A DNA stretch of 64,000 nt from Candidatus Woesearchaeota archaeon CG10_big_fil_rev_8_21_14_0_10_45_16. Lineage in GTDB: Archaea; Nanobdellota; Nanobdellia; Woesearchaeales; GW2011-AR9. Under the pieces are notes generated by a model, which saw only the letters and a list, made by a program, of their open reading frames with translations, ran no database searches and was not told where the DNA came from. The DNA lies in contig PCXY01000005.1 in assembly GCA_002762785.1 (NCBI GenBank), positions 392,849 to 456,848 of the forward strand. The letters run 5' to 3'. Positions 10,156-19,622 of this stretch are shown here, one piece after another. Both the position numbers and the translations under genes were made by a program. Position 1 is the stretch's first letter. Each line of letters begins with the position of its first letter.

Positions 10156-11277
10156 TCAAAAACCATTATCTTTGACAAATTTCAGGACAATCTTCTCAGC
10201 CTCTTTCCGTTTCCGTTGGTGTTCTTCCAGAAAGGCGCTCACTTTCTCGATGCAATACTTTTTCAACTCCCCCGAGAGCAGCTGGCCAGACCTGTAGTCA
10301 TCACTGAGCTTCTGTAATTTTTTATCATCTGGTTCTAGTCCGTACCGCAGCATCTGGAAAGCCACATCCACGTCGGGGTTGCCGCCTTTCTTACGGTGTT
10401 CTTCAACCGTCGCCTGTCCTCCTGAGAAAGCATACTTGTTGATCTTGGCCGCCGCTTCTTTAGGCGTGTCGCTTAAAGCGATATAGGACAGTGGATCTGA
10501 CGACGACATCTTGCCGTTCTTTAATCCTGGGCAGAACATATGATAAGTAGAACTTAACTGGTTAAAGTTGAACAGCTTGATCCTTTGCGACATGTCTCGA
10601 GCTAATCTTATATGAGGGTCTTGGTCGACACCCACGGGAATGACTATCGGCAGGGCTTTTCCCTCAAACTCTTTCAACTGAGGGTGCAGCATGTCTGCCG
10701 CCTGTAATAAAGAAGAAGCCATCTTTCCGGGCGAAATTTCTCCGTAGACCGCTTTGAATTCATTGAATGTGGCATGTCTGGCCAGCAAACTGGCTAAGGA
10801 ATAATAGGCGTTTGATCTCATGCCATCTTTAGATCGTTTTGACTGGAAATAGAAGTCGCACTTTTTCAGGTCAAGGCCGAGGGCGACGTAGTTTGTCAGG
10901 TATTCTTCGATGGCGGTCTTCCGCAGTTCATCCATGTCTGGGTTTCTGGAATTATACGCTTCAATATCCGCTACTGTCACGTACACTTTCGCTCCCAGCT
11001 TCTGGTAGAAGATCATCTGTTCGGCCACCATCTTATGACCAAAGTGAAACTTGCCGGAAGGCATCAGGCCAGTCATCATCACGAACGGCTTCTTTTTTTC
11101 TACTGCTTCCAAGATCTTTTCGAAGTCACGGTGGGCATAGATTATCTTTCTTCTGAATAAAACAGACTCTTGAAACTGCTTAGGAAGATCAGCCATCGCT
11201 TTCAGGCCGAACTCCTTGATCAGTTTGCCGTAATCGATAGTTCCCTGCACTTCCCATGGCGTGACTTTCTGTTTCAT
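10156..11277 (-). CDS. trpS: Tryptophanyl-tRNA synthetase (archaeal type)
   Basis: VTPW, PSGKFHFGH (HIGH), GVDQDPH, KMSSS and AFSGG motifs. Confidence 0.97.
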   Translation of the reverse strand: MKQKVTPWEVQGTIDYGKLIKEFGLKAMADLPKQFQESVLFRRKIIYAHRDFEKILEAVEKKKPFVMMTGLMPSGKFHFGHKMVAEQMIFYQKLGAKVYVTVADIEAYNSRNPDMDELRKTAIEEYLTNYVALGLDLKKCDFYFQSKRSKDGMRSNAYYSLASLLARHATFNEFKAVYGEISPGKMASSLLQAADMLHPQLKEFEGKALPIVIPVGVDQDPHIRLARDMSQRIKLFNFNQLSSTYHMFCPGLKNGKMSSSDPLSYIALSDTPKEAAAKINKYAFSGGQATVEEHRKKGGNPDVDVAFQMLRYGLEPDDKKLQKLSDDYRSGQLLSGELKKYCIEKVSAFLEEHQRKRKEAEKIVLKFVKDNGF

Positions 11278-11344
11278 CTTGTCAAGAAGGTTTATCTGGT
11301 GATTTAAATACTTTGTTAGTTTAATCTAAAAATAAAAGAAAAAA

Positions 11345-11542
11345 TTAATTCTTGCTTACCCACCAGATCAGATATAATCCGGAGAGACCGACCAGAATGT
11401 AGACAAGGTTCTGTAGCCAGGTAATCGAGCCGAGGACCAGGTTGACCAGATCCAGGCCAAATGCTCCGACGAGACCCCAATTTACTGCGCCTACGATGAC
11501 CAGGACCAGCGCAATCCAATCCAACACACTTTTTTCTGCCAT
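11345..11542 (-). CDS. DUF378-family small membrane protein
   Basis: IVGAVNWGLVG...DLV...VYILVGLSG signature. Confidence 0.9.
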   Translation of the reverse strand: MAEKSVLDWIALVLVIVGAVNWGLVGAFGLDLVNLVLGSITWLQNLVYILVGLSGLYLIWWVSKN

Positions 11543-11587
11543 TTTATCACTATCACCTCTTTTTGGGAGAGAAAGGCTCCAGATTAT

Positions 11588-12310
11588 TTATATCTTTTTA
11601 ACCATCTCTTTATACATCTTTATCATGACTGCCTTCAGGTTCTCGATGTCTTCGGCATTATAATGCAGCAGGAGGTCAAGATACTCTTTATCATGTGAAG
11701 CATGGAAAGCTTTCCATAAGTCAACCGGGTTGCCGTAAAGATGCGGCGGTCTTTTGAGATCAAGAATCTTTTCCACTTCTTTCAATCCTCCTTTAAAGCC
11801 GAGGTTGACACACAAGGGCTTGAGATCGATGTGAGGCAGGTCAATCTTTATCTTAAGCTCTTTCTTCAGTTTCGGCAAGTCAAACGATGAGCCGTTGAAG
11901 GTGACCATTATCCTGTATCTTTGAAGTTCTTTCTCAAGAAGACCTTTTTCCAGGTTCACCCCTTTCACAAACTGTCTGGTGTCGTAATAATCAGAGATGC
12001 CGACAACGACCACTTTTCCGTGTGAATCAACTTCAATATCAAGGTAACAGCATTCTTCTTTGAAATGGTCGTACAGCCGCCACATCTCTTTTTGAGGCAG
12101 CTTTCCGATAAAATAAGAAGAGTTATCATCTCTTAATGCTTTCTGAGCTTCTCGTATCTGCCGATCATAATAGCTCTTTGTAGAAAGGCTGATCCCTTTT
12201 ACTTCTTTTGCCCTTAGGAAATCGTTCCAGTCTTTGATACCTTGCTGCCAGATAGTCTGCTCTTTACGTGAACGCACTTTTTCCAGAAAGACGAAAGATC
12301 GTCTGATCAT
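11588..12310 (-). CDS. RNase H-like (YprB/DEDD-type) exonuclease
   Basis: LDIE, TFNGSSFD, HIDL and YNAED motifs; ATGA-type junction with the upstream gene. Confidence 0.85.
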   Translation of the reverse strand: MIRRSFVFLEKVRSRKEQTIWQQGIKDWNDFLRAKEVKGISLSTKSYYDRQIREAQKALRDDNSSYFIGKLPQKEMWRLYDHFKEECCYLDIEVDSHGKVVVVGISDYYDTRQFVKGVNLEKGLLEKELQRYRIMVTFNGSSFDLPKLKKELKIKIDLPHIDLKPLCVNLGFKGGLKEVEKILDLKRPPHLYGNPVDLWKAFHASHDKEYLDLLLHYNAEDIENLKAVMIKMYKEMVKKI

Positions 12311-13167
12311 CAGGAATGGGAAATAACTTTCTTGGAGCGTTTCCAACTGCTTATCTTTGTTCCTACATCTTCCTCTACTGATCTTACTCTAAGAAACATG
12401 CAGAAAAAAGCATAGGTAAAGAGCAGATACGCGGCGATCCAGATCAAGTCTAGCTGGACGAACGGCATCAGCTCTTGTTCATACTGCAGTTGGAAATAGG
12501 AATATAATATGTCTGCAACCAGAGTAAAAAAAAAGCCGGCAACAAAAGTGTACCAACAACGAGAGAGGGCATGCTCGCTGAGATCAGGACTGCTATGGGC
12601 GACGAATATCAGCGACAAGGCACAGATGACTAAGATAAAATCACCGATGTTATAAAGCATGGTGATGACGTTCTCGATCATAGGCACCGAAGCATCATAA
12701 GCCAGGTAGATGCCGAAGTACGCGAAAAGAGCGACCGCCAGGAGAAGGCCGAAGGCATAACTGCCTCTTTTAAAGCTGTTCCAGTAACCTTCTCCTTGAC
12801 GCAACAATACGAAGGCTCCCATGAATAAGAAAGGATACCCTAACAGGTAGAAGACATCTGCCACCGACGGGAAAGGATCAATGTGGCTGAAAGTGTCAAG
12901 AGCGAAGACAAATTCAGAAAATTCTCCCAGGAACCAGAGACCGAGACCAATAGTAAAATAGAGATAGACAACGCCTTTAAAACCGCCAGGATAATACTTC
13001 TTGGTGATCAGGATGCCGGCCAGGAGCGTCGACAACGGCGCTATGAGGTAGACTACTTGAGCAAAGATATTTCGCGGACTGACGTAGAACGTCACCAGTG
13101 CCAGCAGGAAGAAAAGGCCGACGGCCCACTTTCCATAGGTCTTAGCTTTTTTTACATCCCATCCCAT
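12310..13167 (-). CDS. Multi-TM membrane protein resembling a standalone sensor membrane domain
   Basis: About 8 TM helices; PFPSVADVFYL motif. Confidence 0.75.
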   Translation of the reverse strand: MGWDVKKAKTYGKWAVGLFFLLALVTFYVSPRNIFAQVVYLIAPLSTLLAGILITKKYYPGGFKGVVYLYFTIGLGLWFLGEFSEFVFALDTFSHIDPFPSVADVFYLLGYPFLFMGAFVLLRQGEGYWNSFKRGSYAFGLLLAVALFAYFGIYLAYDASVPMIENVITMLYNIGDFILVICALSLIFVAHSSPDLSEHALSRCWYTFVAGFFFTLVADILYSYFQLQYEQELMPFVQLDLIWIAAYLLFTYAFFCMFLRVRSVEEDVGTKISSWKRSKKVISHS

Positions 13168-13270
13168 TTTTCTTCTGTAAACTATGCTCAACACTTATTA
13201 ATCTTTCCTGAGAGCAGAAAATCTTATAACTTTTTATAATCTTACTACAATATAACTTATTTAGGGCTGC

Positions 13271-14356
13271 CTAGAGGTCAATCAACACCCGCTTGTTCTT
13301 AAGATCAACTGTCTTTATCTTCTTCTCCTTTTTCAGAGCCGTCTCGATCTCCTGCCAGCCGGCCGTCTTCTTCATCTCGTCTACGATATCACGAAGTTTC
13401 TGCAGCTTGGCATAACTTTCATAGATGGTGTCTCCCCTCTTTCCATTAAGTGTAATTTTTTCTTGTAATTCTTCAATGGCCTTCTCCTGTCCCTCGACCA
13501 TCTTTTCTAATGTTCTTATCTTTTGGTCATAGGGTGATACTTTCTGGAAAGGATTGAGAGTGTCTAGAGCCTGGCTGTAGAGTTCTGTCTTCTTCTTTTC
13601 TTCCTGGCTTTGCAATGGGAACGGCGTGACTTCTTCCTCATAGATATATCCCTGCGGCGTTTCGATGTGTTTCAAGAATTCTTTGATGGTCTTGTTGATC
13701 TTCTTTATCGTCCCTTGGTCTATCTCTCGTGGGGAAATGCTCTTGTCTATGCCAAGCAGCCGGCAGATCTCTTCTGCATAAAGGCCGCCGAGACCTATTT
13801 CGGTAGCTAAAGTCACGACGACGCTTTTCTTATCGCTCTTAGAGAAAAGATCTTGCAGCTGTTTCTCACTCATCTTTTTCCAGTCGAAGGCCGCTTCAGG
13901 GAAAACGTATCTCTCTTTTGGCTTGACGATGCGGTCTTTCCAGCGCTGCCATTCTAGAGTGCCGATGATGATACCTTCTTTATCCAGCAGAACGACATTA
14001 CCTTTGGAGAAAAGTTCAATCACCAAAGAAAACTTCTCTTCTTTCTCCAGCTCAAATATCAATATGCGTTCCGAATCCTTTTGTTGGATGGACCGGATGA
14101 TGGCATTGTTGATGTGTTTACGCAGGAGCATACAGAAGCCAGTGGGTCTTAACGGCGTATCTTTCTGCTCGGTCAAGCAGACGTACTTTCCTGGAATGAT
14201 CTTCAGCAGAACTTTCCCTTTTCCCGGAGCGTGCAGCTGTAATAACAGCTCTTTTTTATCTTGGTGGTAGATCTGGGAGACCTTGCCTCGCACCAGAAGC
14301 TGCAGCTCATTGACGATAGCAGCTAGTTCGAGCGAGGAGATAGATTTTTTAGGCAT
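13271..14356 (-). CDS. NFACT/Rqc2 (RqcH) family protein, N-terminal half only
   Basis: FCMLLRKH, ERILIF, IELFSKGN and GLGGLYAEE motifs plus a coiled coil; ends at 361 aa. Confidence 0.88.
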   Translation of the reverse strand: MPKKSISSLELAAIVNELQLLVRGKVSQIYHQDKKELLLQLHAPGKGKVLLKIIPGKYVCLTEQKDTPLRPTGFCMLLRKHINNAIIRSIQQKDSERILIFELEKEEKFSLVIELFSKGNVVLLDKEGIIIGTLEWQRWKDRIVKPKERYVFPEAAFDWKKMSEKQLQDLFSKSDKKSVVVTLATEIGLGGLYAEEICRLLGIDKSISPREIDQGTIKKINKTIKEFLKHIETPQGYIYEEEVTPFPLQSQEEKKKTELYSQALDTLNPFQKVSPYDQKIRTLEKMVEGQEKAIEELQEKITLNGKRGDTIYESYAKLQKLRDIVDEMKKTAGWQEIETALKKEKKIKTVDLKNKRVLIDL

Positions 14357-14399
14357 GAGGTGGTAACTATTTCCCTGTTTTATATACTTTTAGAAAAAT

Positions 14400-14969
14400 T
14401 TAGGACCAGAACTCAGGACTCTGTTGGAAGAATGACGAACAAGAGACTGTTTGCGCGGCCGTGTGACAGCCATATACCACTATCTTGATAGTGTTTGATG
14501 CCTGAGCCGTCAAATAGAAATTACGGATAGCTTCTTCATCGTTCATGACTTCTATCGGCGTCAATGAAAATTCTGCTGGGTTGAAATAATCCTTAGATAC
14601 AATAATCTCAAAAGGCTGGCGTACTGTTTGGAATGATCCTGGACTGTTGGCTAAAGCTCCCTCGAAAGAACTGCCAGTGATGATAATTTGGTCGTGCAAG
14701 CCCCCTGGACCGTCAATGAACTTAAGCTGCTGGATGGCATTTTTTGACAACTGTACTACTACTAAACTGGCCGGGTTGAAAGCAGGCGCCTGCTGCTGGG
14801 CAGCATACTGTCGCGGATTTGGTACGTTCAACCTTTTGACAGCTTCCCCCGCTACGCTTTCATCGTTCCTGCCGATAAGAAACAGCCCGGCGATGATCAG
14901 GATCAGTACAACTACACCGCCAACGATGGAAAGAATCTTGTTCTGGGATACGGCCTCTTTTTTAACCAT
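14400..14969 (-). CDS. Membrane-anchored/secreted hypothetical protein
   Basis: N-terminal TM helix followed by SVAGEA. Confidence 0.75.
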   Translation of the reverse strand: MVKKEAVSQNKILSIVGGVVVLILIIAGLFLIGRNDESVAGEAVKRLNVPNPRQYAAQQQAPAFNPASLVVVQLSKNAIQQLKFIDGPGGLHDQIIITGSSFEGALANSPGSFQTVRQPFEIIVSKDYFNPAEFSLTPIEVMNDEEAIRNFYLTAQASNTIKIVVYGCHTAAQTVSCSSFFQQSPEFWS

Positions 14970-15000
14970 AAGCTTAAGGAAACAGTTCACGTTTAAATAA

Positions 15001-15630
15001 TTACCGTTCCCTAACTACGCCAAGAATCTCCGGTGCTCGGTTGTTATCTCTAACCGTAATCGTCACTCTTTCAGTTGTTACTGAACCAAATTCGTCCACA
15101 CATCTTACGGTAGTCTGATATCTTCCGGCGTCACTGAAACCAGTGTCTCTCCTTTCAGCTCCCAGCCAGCCGTCATAAGATAGTTCAACGTAATCTCCCT
15201 CAGGATCGTTGCAGCGAGCGTTCAGTTCGACCGGATTCCCTTCCATCACAATGATATTTTTCCGTACGCTGATAGCTGGAGCTTTATTCAAAGCCGGATC
15301 ACGGCAGGTGAAGCATTCGTAGTAGTAATTTTGGTCGACTACGAAATTGACGAATCGCGGCAGTTTTCCGTTTACTTTGTATCCTTCACCGGCGCCTGCT
15401 TTCATCCCGCAGGAGTTGTCTAGACATTCATAGAGAAGGACCTGCGCATCTTTTGGGCAGACGATGCCGTTCTCGATGATGGTGGCATTGGCCGTGTATG
15501 TTTTTTGGGCTTTAAGATGGGTGCTGCACATCCATTCTATGGGGCGTTTTTCAGTATAGACCAGTGTAGGCAGGGCTGAGACCGAAGATATAAAAATGAG
15601 AAATACAAGTAACGCAGCTATTTTTTTCAT
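15001..15630 (-). CDS. Secreted Cys-containing protein with an Ig-like C-terminal domain
   Basis: Signal peptide (VSA|L); NKAP..DPEGD..NRAP Ig/cadherin-like repeat. Confidence 0.75.
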   Translation of the reverse strand: MKKIAALLVFLIFISSVSALPTLVYTEKRPIEWMCSTHLKAQKTYTANATIIENGIVCPKDAQVLLYECLDNSCGMKAGAGEGYKVNGKLPRFVNFVVDQNYYYECFTCRDPALNKAPAISVRKNIIVMEGNPVELNARCNDPEGDYVELSYDGWLGAERRDTGFSDAGRYQTTVRCVDEFGSVTTERVTITVRDNNRAPEILGVVRER

Positions 15631-15734
15631 ACTGTTTCCGAATAGACCACCCTATATTAAGATTATTATGCTGGGGGCTAATATGAAATCCTCGAGGACA
15701 TCATGAACACCGATATTGGAAAATAAGAAAAAAA

Positions 15735-15870
15735 AGCGCCCAGGGGGAGTTTCGTGCGCAGAGCACAGCTCGAACCCCCGTATGCACGCTATCAGCTTTT
15801 TCATCGCTCATGAGAGCTCTTCATAGCGGACGACTGCAGGCGTGTGCCTTAGCCGCTTGGCGATGGGCGC
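15735..15870 (-). tRNA. tRNA-Cys(GCA) with two introns: 43 nt at 37/38 (15791-15833) and 20 nt at 59/60 (15749-15768)
   Basis: Acceptor GCGCCCA/TGGGCGC, anticodon stem CACGC/GCGTG, T stem G5/C5, U73 discriminator, strict BHB in the T arm. Confidence 0.92.
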
Positions 15871-15922
15871 TTGGCAATCTCCCTAGATGGATTCTTTATA
15901 TAGTTTTCTAGTCATATGATCC

Positions 15923-16549
15923 CTACTCGATCCTGAAAGAATCAAACCAATCTTTTTTGGAGAGCTTTCGAGGGATCTGGTTGAGCTCTTCTTTGGTGCC
16001 TTCAACAAAATAACTAAAAGTGAGAACTTCATCTCTCCTGTTAAATTCAAGACTGTTAAGCTTAGGTTTCCTTGTCCCTAAAGCGGAATCCAATTCTTCC
16101 TTTTCGATGATACGGTTGGTCTTGATAGTTATCTTCTTCTGATAAGAGCCAAGGCCTCTTTTCTCCAGGTAGATATCAAGGATCATCACCACCCACAATG
16201 AGCCGTAAAGGATGAACCCTTCCAGAAACTCGCCCACACCGATCAAAAGTCCGAAAATAGCAAACAGCCAGATGGTTGCGGCGGAGGTAAAACCTGAAAT
16301 CTTGTCAGTGGTCTTTATCAGGGCTCCAGCTCCCAGGAAACCGATGCCGGTGACGATAGAGCCTAATAGGGGCAATGGTTCGCCGGGGTTTAGGTTAAGC
16401 GCGGTTATGGCTAAGGCACAGGCTCCTAGAGAGACAAAAGTGAAAGTGCCGAAGCCGATAGGCTTATGCTGCCATTGCCGGGTCAGGCCGAAAACCAAAG
16501 CTAGGGTGAAAACAAGCAGGGACTTTTCCAGGATGATAATGTCGATCAT
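15923..16549 (-). CDS. MgtC/SapB family membrane protein
   Basis: GFGTF, IVTGIGFLGAG and GFTSAATIW motifs. Confidence 0.92.
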   Translation of the reverse strand: MIDIIILEKSLLVFTLALVFGLTRQWQHKPIGFGTFTFVSLGACALAITALNLNPGEPLPLLGSIVTGIGFLGAGALIKTTDKISGFTSAATIWLFAIFGLLIGVGEFLEGFILYGSLWVVMILDIYLEKRGLGSYQKKITIKTNRIIEKEELDSALGTRKPKLNSLEFNRRDEVLTFSYFVEGTKEELNQIPRKLSKKDWFDSFRIE

Positions 16550-16608
16550 GATGCTTTTCCGACGCTAGAACTTCTATTTAAGCTTATGGTTTTAGCTATA
16601 GGTTTTAG

Positions 16609-17037
16609 CTATAACTTATGTCCGTACCTTTCCAGAAAACCAGGGAACTGTGAATGCAGCGGATCTGGTAAAGAATCTAAGCGGAACCAGCCGATCTCAT
16701 CAAACTTGTGGAGTTCGCCGATCTTAACTTTATTTTTATCTACCAGAACCTTGAAGAACATGGCCAGCCAATGAGTCTTAGTATTGTTATTTTCTCTGAA
16801 GATGTCTCCATAACCTAAAAATTCATATTCAAAGACATCCGTACAATATTCTTCTTTAATCTCTTTCCGCAAAGTTTCTTCGATAGTATAACCAAATTCC
16901 AGCCCGCCGCCGCCGACATCCCATCGCCCATGTTCATCCCGGCAGTTCTTCGACCTTTTGGCGAACAGAAAATTACCTTGACCATCGTGGCACAAGAAGA
17001 CGATACTTACCCCTGGGAAATCGATGCCTTTTTTCAT
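16609..17037 (-). CDS. NUDIX hydrolase
   Basis: GGGLEFGYTIEETLRKEIKEEY Nudix box. Confidence 0.9.
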   Translation of the reverse strand: MKKGIDFPGVSIVFLCHDGQGNFLFAKRSKNCRDEHGRWDVGGGGLEFGYTIEETLRKEIKEEYCTDVFEYEFLGYGDIFRENNNTKTHWLAMFFKVLVDKNKVKIGELHKFDEIGWFRLDSLPDPLHSQFPGFLERYGHKL

Positions 17038-17423
17038 TCTCTTATTTCCTCTACTAAATCTGAGATGTCATGAACTTGGCCTATCCAGGGGGTTACAGGA
17101 GAGACTTCTTTTTCAGGAAGTCTTCTTGTTCTTCTGAGTATATTTGCATATATTCTTCCAGGACGGGCTACGTTTTCCCAATGATCCATTATTTCTTGAT
17201 AGACATCTGGAGTGACGACATGGACATGTTCTACTAAGCCGAATGTTCTTCTTTCAAAACCCCAGCCGTTGCGGACATAAGTCCACTGACCTATGATTAT
17301 TGTGTCTCCTATCTCGATAGCATTGATCCTTGGGTCGTAACGAAGTTTCATCTGTTTTGGGACGCCCTCAACCCTGATATCAGAAACACGCAACTCTGCA
17401 GCTGTATATTTTAAATCTGCCAT
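17034..17423 (-). CDS. Orphan hypothetical protein
   Basis: ATG just downstream of tRNA-Arg; ATGA overlap with the NUDIX gene. Confidence 0.65.
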   Translation of the reverse strand: MADLKYTAAELRVSDIRVEGVPKQMKLRYDPRINAIEIGDTIIIGQWTYVRNGWGFERRTFGLVEHVHVVTPDVYQEIMDHWENVARPGRIYANILRRTRRLPEKEVSPVTPWIGQVHDISDLVEEIRE

Positions 17424-17435
17424 CTTGTAAAAAAA

Positions 17436-17601
17436 CGGGCCCGAGGGGACTTTCAAGGATACACGCTATCTTATGAGTTGGCGGCGAAGCCGCTCCGTCT
17501 CTCAGATGACGTGACATCTGTTTGAACCCCCGATCTACAGCTCTCGTCAAAGACTGGCTTTGTAGAAGGCTGTCGCCTTATCCAGGCTAGGCTACGGGCC
17601 C
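17436..17601 (-). tRNA. tRNA-Arg(TCT) with two introns: 20 nt at 37/38 (17543-17562) and 71 nt at 59/60 (17450-17520)
   Basis: Acceptor GGGCCCG/CGGGCCC, anticodon stem ACAGC/GCTGT, T stem GGGGG/CCCCT; BHB central helix TTCA/TGAA. Confidence 0.92.
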
Positions 17602-17667
17602 GTATCTCCTCCGAACGACAGATGACTTTTAAATATTTCGTTATATAAAATGTATAAAAAAAAGTTT

Positions 17668-18261
17668 TTACCTGATCGTAACCTTCTCGATCACCACATC
17701 TTCCACAGGCTTGTCCTGTCTATCTGTCTCTACCCTGGCAATCTTTTCGATGACATCTAGGCCTTCTACAACTTCTCCGAAGACCGGATGCTTGCTCTGC
17801 AAAGGCTGCTTGTTGAAGTCAAGGAACGAGTTGTCTCCCAGGTTGATGAAGAATTGGCTACCTCCGGAATTAGCTTGACCGGTATTGGCCATGGCGATAG
17901 TCCCTTTCTTGTTGGATAATCCTTCCACAAACTCGTCCTGGATGGTATAGCCAGGTCCGCCGGTACCCCACATGGCTTTCTTACTGTCGTCTTTAGTAAG
18001 AGGATCGCCACCTTGGATCATGAAGCCTGATGGCGGAGCTTTTGCAGGCCCGATGACGCGATGAAATTTGCTGCCGTCGTAGAAGCCTTTCTCAGCTAGG
18101 TCGATGAAATTTTTTGTAGTTATAGGCATCTTATCTTCAAAGAGCGTAATCTTGATGACGCCCATATTTGTCTCTATTGTTGCTGTCCTGTTCATTGTTC
18201 CTCCTCCGCATGATGTGATGAAAATGCTTAGTATTAACAGTATCGCTAGGTATCTTTTCAT
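17668..18261 (-). CDS. Cyclophilin-type peptidyl-prolyl isomerase with a lipoprotein-like signal
   Basis: FHRVI, FMIQGGDP and AMAN..SQFFI motifs; N-terminal FITSC. Confidence 0.95.
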   Translation of the reverse strand: MKRYLAILLILSIFITSCGGGTMNRTATIETNMGVIKITLFEDKMPITTKNFIDLAEKGFYDGSKFHRVIGPAKAPPSGFMIQGGDPLTKDDSKKAMWGTGGPGYTIQDEFVEGLSNKKGTIAMANTGQANSGGSQFFINLGDNSFLDFNKQPLQSKHPVFGEVVEGLDVIEKIARVETDRQDKPVEDVVIEKVTIR

Positions 18262-18467
18262 TTTAATCTCCTCTTGACTTCTTGCGGGTCGCAGTAAAGG
18301 TCAAGATGTCCGCAGTCAAGACACATCGTCGCCTCTACGGTGGCTGAGCTGGATAATTTTCTTTGATTATTTGACTTGTAGTTGACCGGATGCAGGTTGA
18401 ACGGGATAGGCAATAAGCCTTGGTCTAGTTTTGTACTGCCGCAGCGTAAGCACTTGCTTGGTCTCAT
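18258..18467 (-). CDS. Small CxxC...CxxC zinc-ribbon protein
   Basis: CLRC and CLDC pairs; ATGA overlap. Confidence 0.75.
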   Translation of the reverse strand: MRPSKCLRCGSTKLDQGLLPIPFNLHPVNYKSNNQRKLSSSATVEATMCLDCGHLDLYCDPQEVKRRLK

Positions 18468-18577
18468 GCTGCTGATGGGAGAAAACTCCTTTTTATATTT
18501 GCCGATTACATTAAACTACTAAATAGTGGTAAAATTATCAAAAAGTTTATAAGTCTGGGTCTATTTTTAGCTTTAAA

Positions 18578-19213
18578 ATGAAATATCTCTCACGATTAGC
18601 GTTGGCAACGGCTCTTTCCGGCACAGGCTGCCTAGAGACTGGCACACCGATATCTAAACGAAGAACGGCTGCTCCCGTCGCTGTTCCTACAGCTGCAAGA
18701 CCGGATGCTGCGTCTACTCCTAAATGTGAATATCCAACTAATACCACTATTGGTGGCAATCCTGCAACTTTGTACGGGTCCGCTGAAGATTTAGCAAGCC
18801 AGAGGTGCTGGCCCGGCAGAGCCGTTATCCAGAGCCCTGAAAGTATCGAGGCCAAAATCTTCAGTTACTATCCTAACGGCAACATCAGAAAAGTCGACAC
18901 AGATAAGGAAAATGACGGGTCTATCGATACTTCTGAGATGTATGATCCTGATGGAAGGACAGTCAATGGATTTGTCGAGATTGGTTATCATCCAGGTTCA
19001 GATATTAGAAAAGAAGAACGGGCTTTTACTGTGGATAAAAGCGGAAAAAAGATGATCGCAACCAGTCAATACGATAGCCAAGGCCGTTTAATCTCTCAAG
19101 CTAACTTGAGCTATGATAAAGGGGTCCGAAAAGTCACTTTAGAAAAATACGGATACGATGTCGATGGAGAGAGACGTCTCTTAGAAACTCTCATCAACGG
19201 TGTAAAACAATAG
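18578..19213 (+). CDS. Putative lipoprotein with YD-like repeats
   Basis: LSGTGC signal; YDPDG/YDSQG/YDVDG repeats. Confidence 0.7.
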   Translation: MKYLSRLALATALSGTGCLETGTPISKRRTAAPVAVPTAARPDAASTPKCEYPTNTTIGGNPATLYGSAEDLASQRCWPGRAVIQSPESIEAKIFSYYPNGNIRKVDTDKENDGSIDTSEMYDPDGRTVNGFVEIGYHPGSDIRKEERAFTVDKSGKKMIATSQYDSQGRLISQANLSYDKGVRKVTLEKYGYDVDGERRLLETLINGVKQ

Positions 19214-19227
19214 GGGGAACAAAAAAA

Positions 19228-19530
19228 ATGTTCACAGATAAAAATATGGAAAACGTACAACGATCATTCCAGCTTGCGAAAAGCGATATCTATGCTCTCT
19301 ACGAGCATGTTAAAGTATTGCGGGCTGAAGTGGATTACCTGAAACAGCTTAATATGAAAAGCTCACAGCCGGCTGCTGTCGAGAAACAGTTTGTCGCGTC
19401 AGAGACCGGCAAGAAAGTCCATCAGGCTAACTGCCTGCATGCGCAGAAGATCAAGAAACGTGTGATCTTCAAGACCAAGACTTTGGCGTTGAACAAAGGC
19501 TACAAGTTGTGCAGCTGTTTAGCGTATTGA
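19228..19530 (+). CDS. Coiled-coil protein with a C-terminal Ada-like metal-binding domain
   Basis: VAS..GKKVH...C...GYKLCSC motif. Confidence 0.75.
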   Translation: MFTDKNMENVQRSFQLAKSDIYALYEHVKVLRAEVDYLKQLNMKSSQPAAVEKQFVASETGKKVHQANCLHAQKIKKRVIFKTKTLALNKGYKLCSCLAY

Positions 19531-19622
19531 TTTTTTTAATCTTTTTTTTCACCATTCTTTTTCTGAACTATCTTGATAATCCTAAAGATAAGAGAAAAAA
19601 ACTAAAAGAGAAATAACCCCTT

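Noticed and set aside
15871-17435. Integrated element between tRNA-Cys and tRNA-Arg
   Set aside because: No integrase and no duplicated tRNA end (att site) seen.
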